64,000 nt of DNA from Acidilobaceae archaeon (GTDB taxonomy: Archaea; Thermoproteota; Thermoprotei_A; Sulfolobales; Acidilobaceae), in assembly GCA_038897215.1 (NCBI GenBank), contig JAWAWX010000001.1, forward strand, positions 384,001 to 448,000. The letters run 5' to 3'. Each line of letters starts with the position of its first letter. Position 1 is the stretch's first letter. The notes under the pieces were generated by a model. That model searched no databases, was not told the origin of the DNA, and saw only the letters and a list, made by a program, of their open reading frames with translations. Positions 63,141 to 64,000 of the stretch are shown piece after piece. The position numbers and the translations under genes are program-made.

Positions 63141-63971
63141 TTGAGCGAGGTTATAGTTAAGCCTGCTGGTGTTAGAGCTCACGTCGGCGTCATCGGGGGC
63201 TCCGGGCTCTACGACCCCGGGATCATATCGAGCCCTGTAGAGGTCACTGTGAACACACCTTACGGCGAGCCCTCGGATAAGATAATAGTGGGCGAGGTCG
63301 GGGGAGTCAGGGTAGCCTTCCTCCCGAGGCACGGGAGAGGTCACAGGATCCCGCCTCACATGATAAACTATAGGGCTAACATCTACGCTCTGAAAGCTCT
63401 TGGAGTCAAGTGGGTTATAGCTGTCTCCGCTGTGGGGAGCTTGAGGTGGGACTACAAGCCCGGAGACCTGGTCGTCCCCGACCAGTTTATAGACATGACT
63501 AAGAATAGGAGGCACTACACTTTCTACGATGGGCCGGTCGTTGTCCACGTAAGCATGGCCGACCCCTTCTGCGAAGAGCTTAGAGAGAAGCTGGTAGAAG
63601 CTGGGAGGAGGCTAGGCTACACTATACACTCTTCTGGCACATACGTCTGCATAGAGGGCCCAAGGTTCTCGACTAGAGCTGAGAGCAGGCTGTGGAAGGA
63701 CGTGTTCAAGGCTGACATAATCGGGATGACTCTAGTCCCCGAGGTCAACCTAGCCTGCGAGGCTCAGCTCTGCTACGCTACTCTAGCCATGGTGACAGAT
63801 TACGATGTGTGGGCTGAAAGGCCTGTCACAGCTGAGGAGGTAGTCAGGGTTATGAGCGAGAACGTTGAGAAAGCCAAGAGGATACTCTACACAGTCATAC
63901 CGGAGCTCGGAGGAGAACCGAGCCCCGCTAAGTGTAGTTGCTGCAAGGCACTAGAGTATGGAGTCGTCTAG
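63141..63971 (+). CDS. mtnP: S-methyl-5'-thioadenosine phosphorylase
   Basis: [37 protein letters not shown]. Confidence 0.97.
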   Translation: MSEVIVKPAGVRAHVGVIGGSGLYDPGIISSPVEVTVNTPYGEPSDKIIVGEVGGVRVAFLPRHGRGHRIPPHMINYRANIYALKALGVKWVIAVSAVGSLRWDYKPGDLVVPDQFIDMTKNRRHYTFYDGPVVVHVSMADPFCEELREKLVEAGRRLGYTIHSSGTYVCIEGPRFSTRAESRLWKDVFKADIIGMTLVPEVNLACEAQLCYATLAMVTDYDVWAERPVTAEEVVRVMSENVEKAKRILYTVIPELGGEPSPAKCSCCKALEYGVV

Positions 63972-64000
63972 CTCTAGAGTAGCAGCTGAGGAGCTGAGGA

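Noticed and set aside
1-64000. CRISPR array, rRNA genes, transposases, stop-codon recoding
   Set aside because: No regularly spaced repeats, rRNA sequence or transposase motifs were seen. TAG and TGA fall at the expected ends of conserved proteins, so there is no sign of recoding.

Overview
This is a gene-dense, GC-rich chromosomal segment from a thermophilic crenarchaeon (Desulfurococcales/Acidilobales-like, judged from rps30e, two Lsm genes, GatDE, Nop5/fibrillarin, egsA, carS, crenarchaeal-type arginine decarboxylase and frequent TTG/GTG starts). About 70 CDSs are mostly core housekeeping genes: translation, RNA modification, lipid, cofactor and nucleotide metabolism, DNA repair. There are two tRNAs (Asp-GTC, and Pro-CGG with a 26-nt BHB intron at 32/33) and five C/D-box guide sRNAs found by eye, several with plausible 23S rRNA targets. 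The best candidate for an undescribed system is an accessory cassette at about 54.3-56.8 kb. It holds a Nal1-like trypsin-fold protease whose second barrel looks circularly permuted, a separately encoded 77%-identical copy of its N-terminal domain, an HExxH-dead zincin-like protein with a small partner, and a perfect 16-bp inverted repeat. Other oddities: a 1280-aa RecQ flanked by decayed exonuclease/helicase domains; a TasA/bundling-pilin-like gene next to a degenerate SipW-like protein; Cys-to-Ser changes at catalytic positions of PdxT and a Nop2-type m5C methyltransferase; probable non-canonical starts (TTA, CTG); and several long structured intergenic RNAs. No CRISPR array, rRNA gene, transposase or integrase was seen. 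All family calls come from motif recognition by eye, and rRNA target numbering is from recalled consensus sequences, not from searches.
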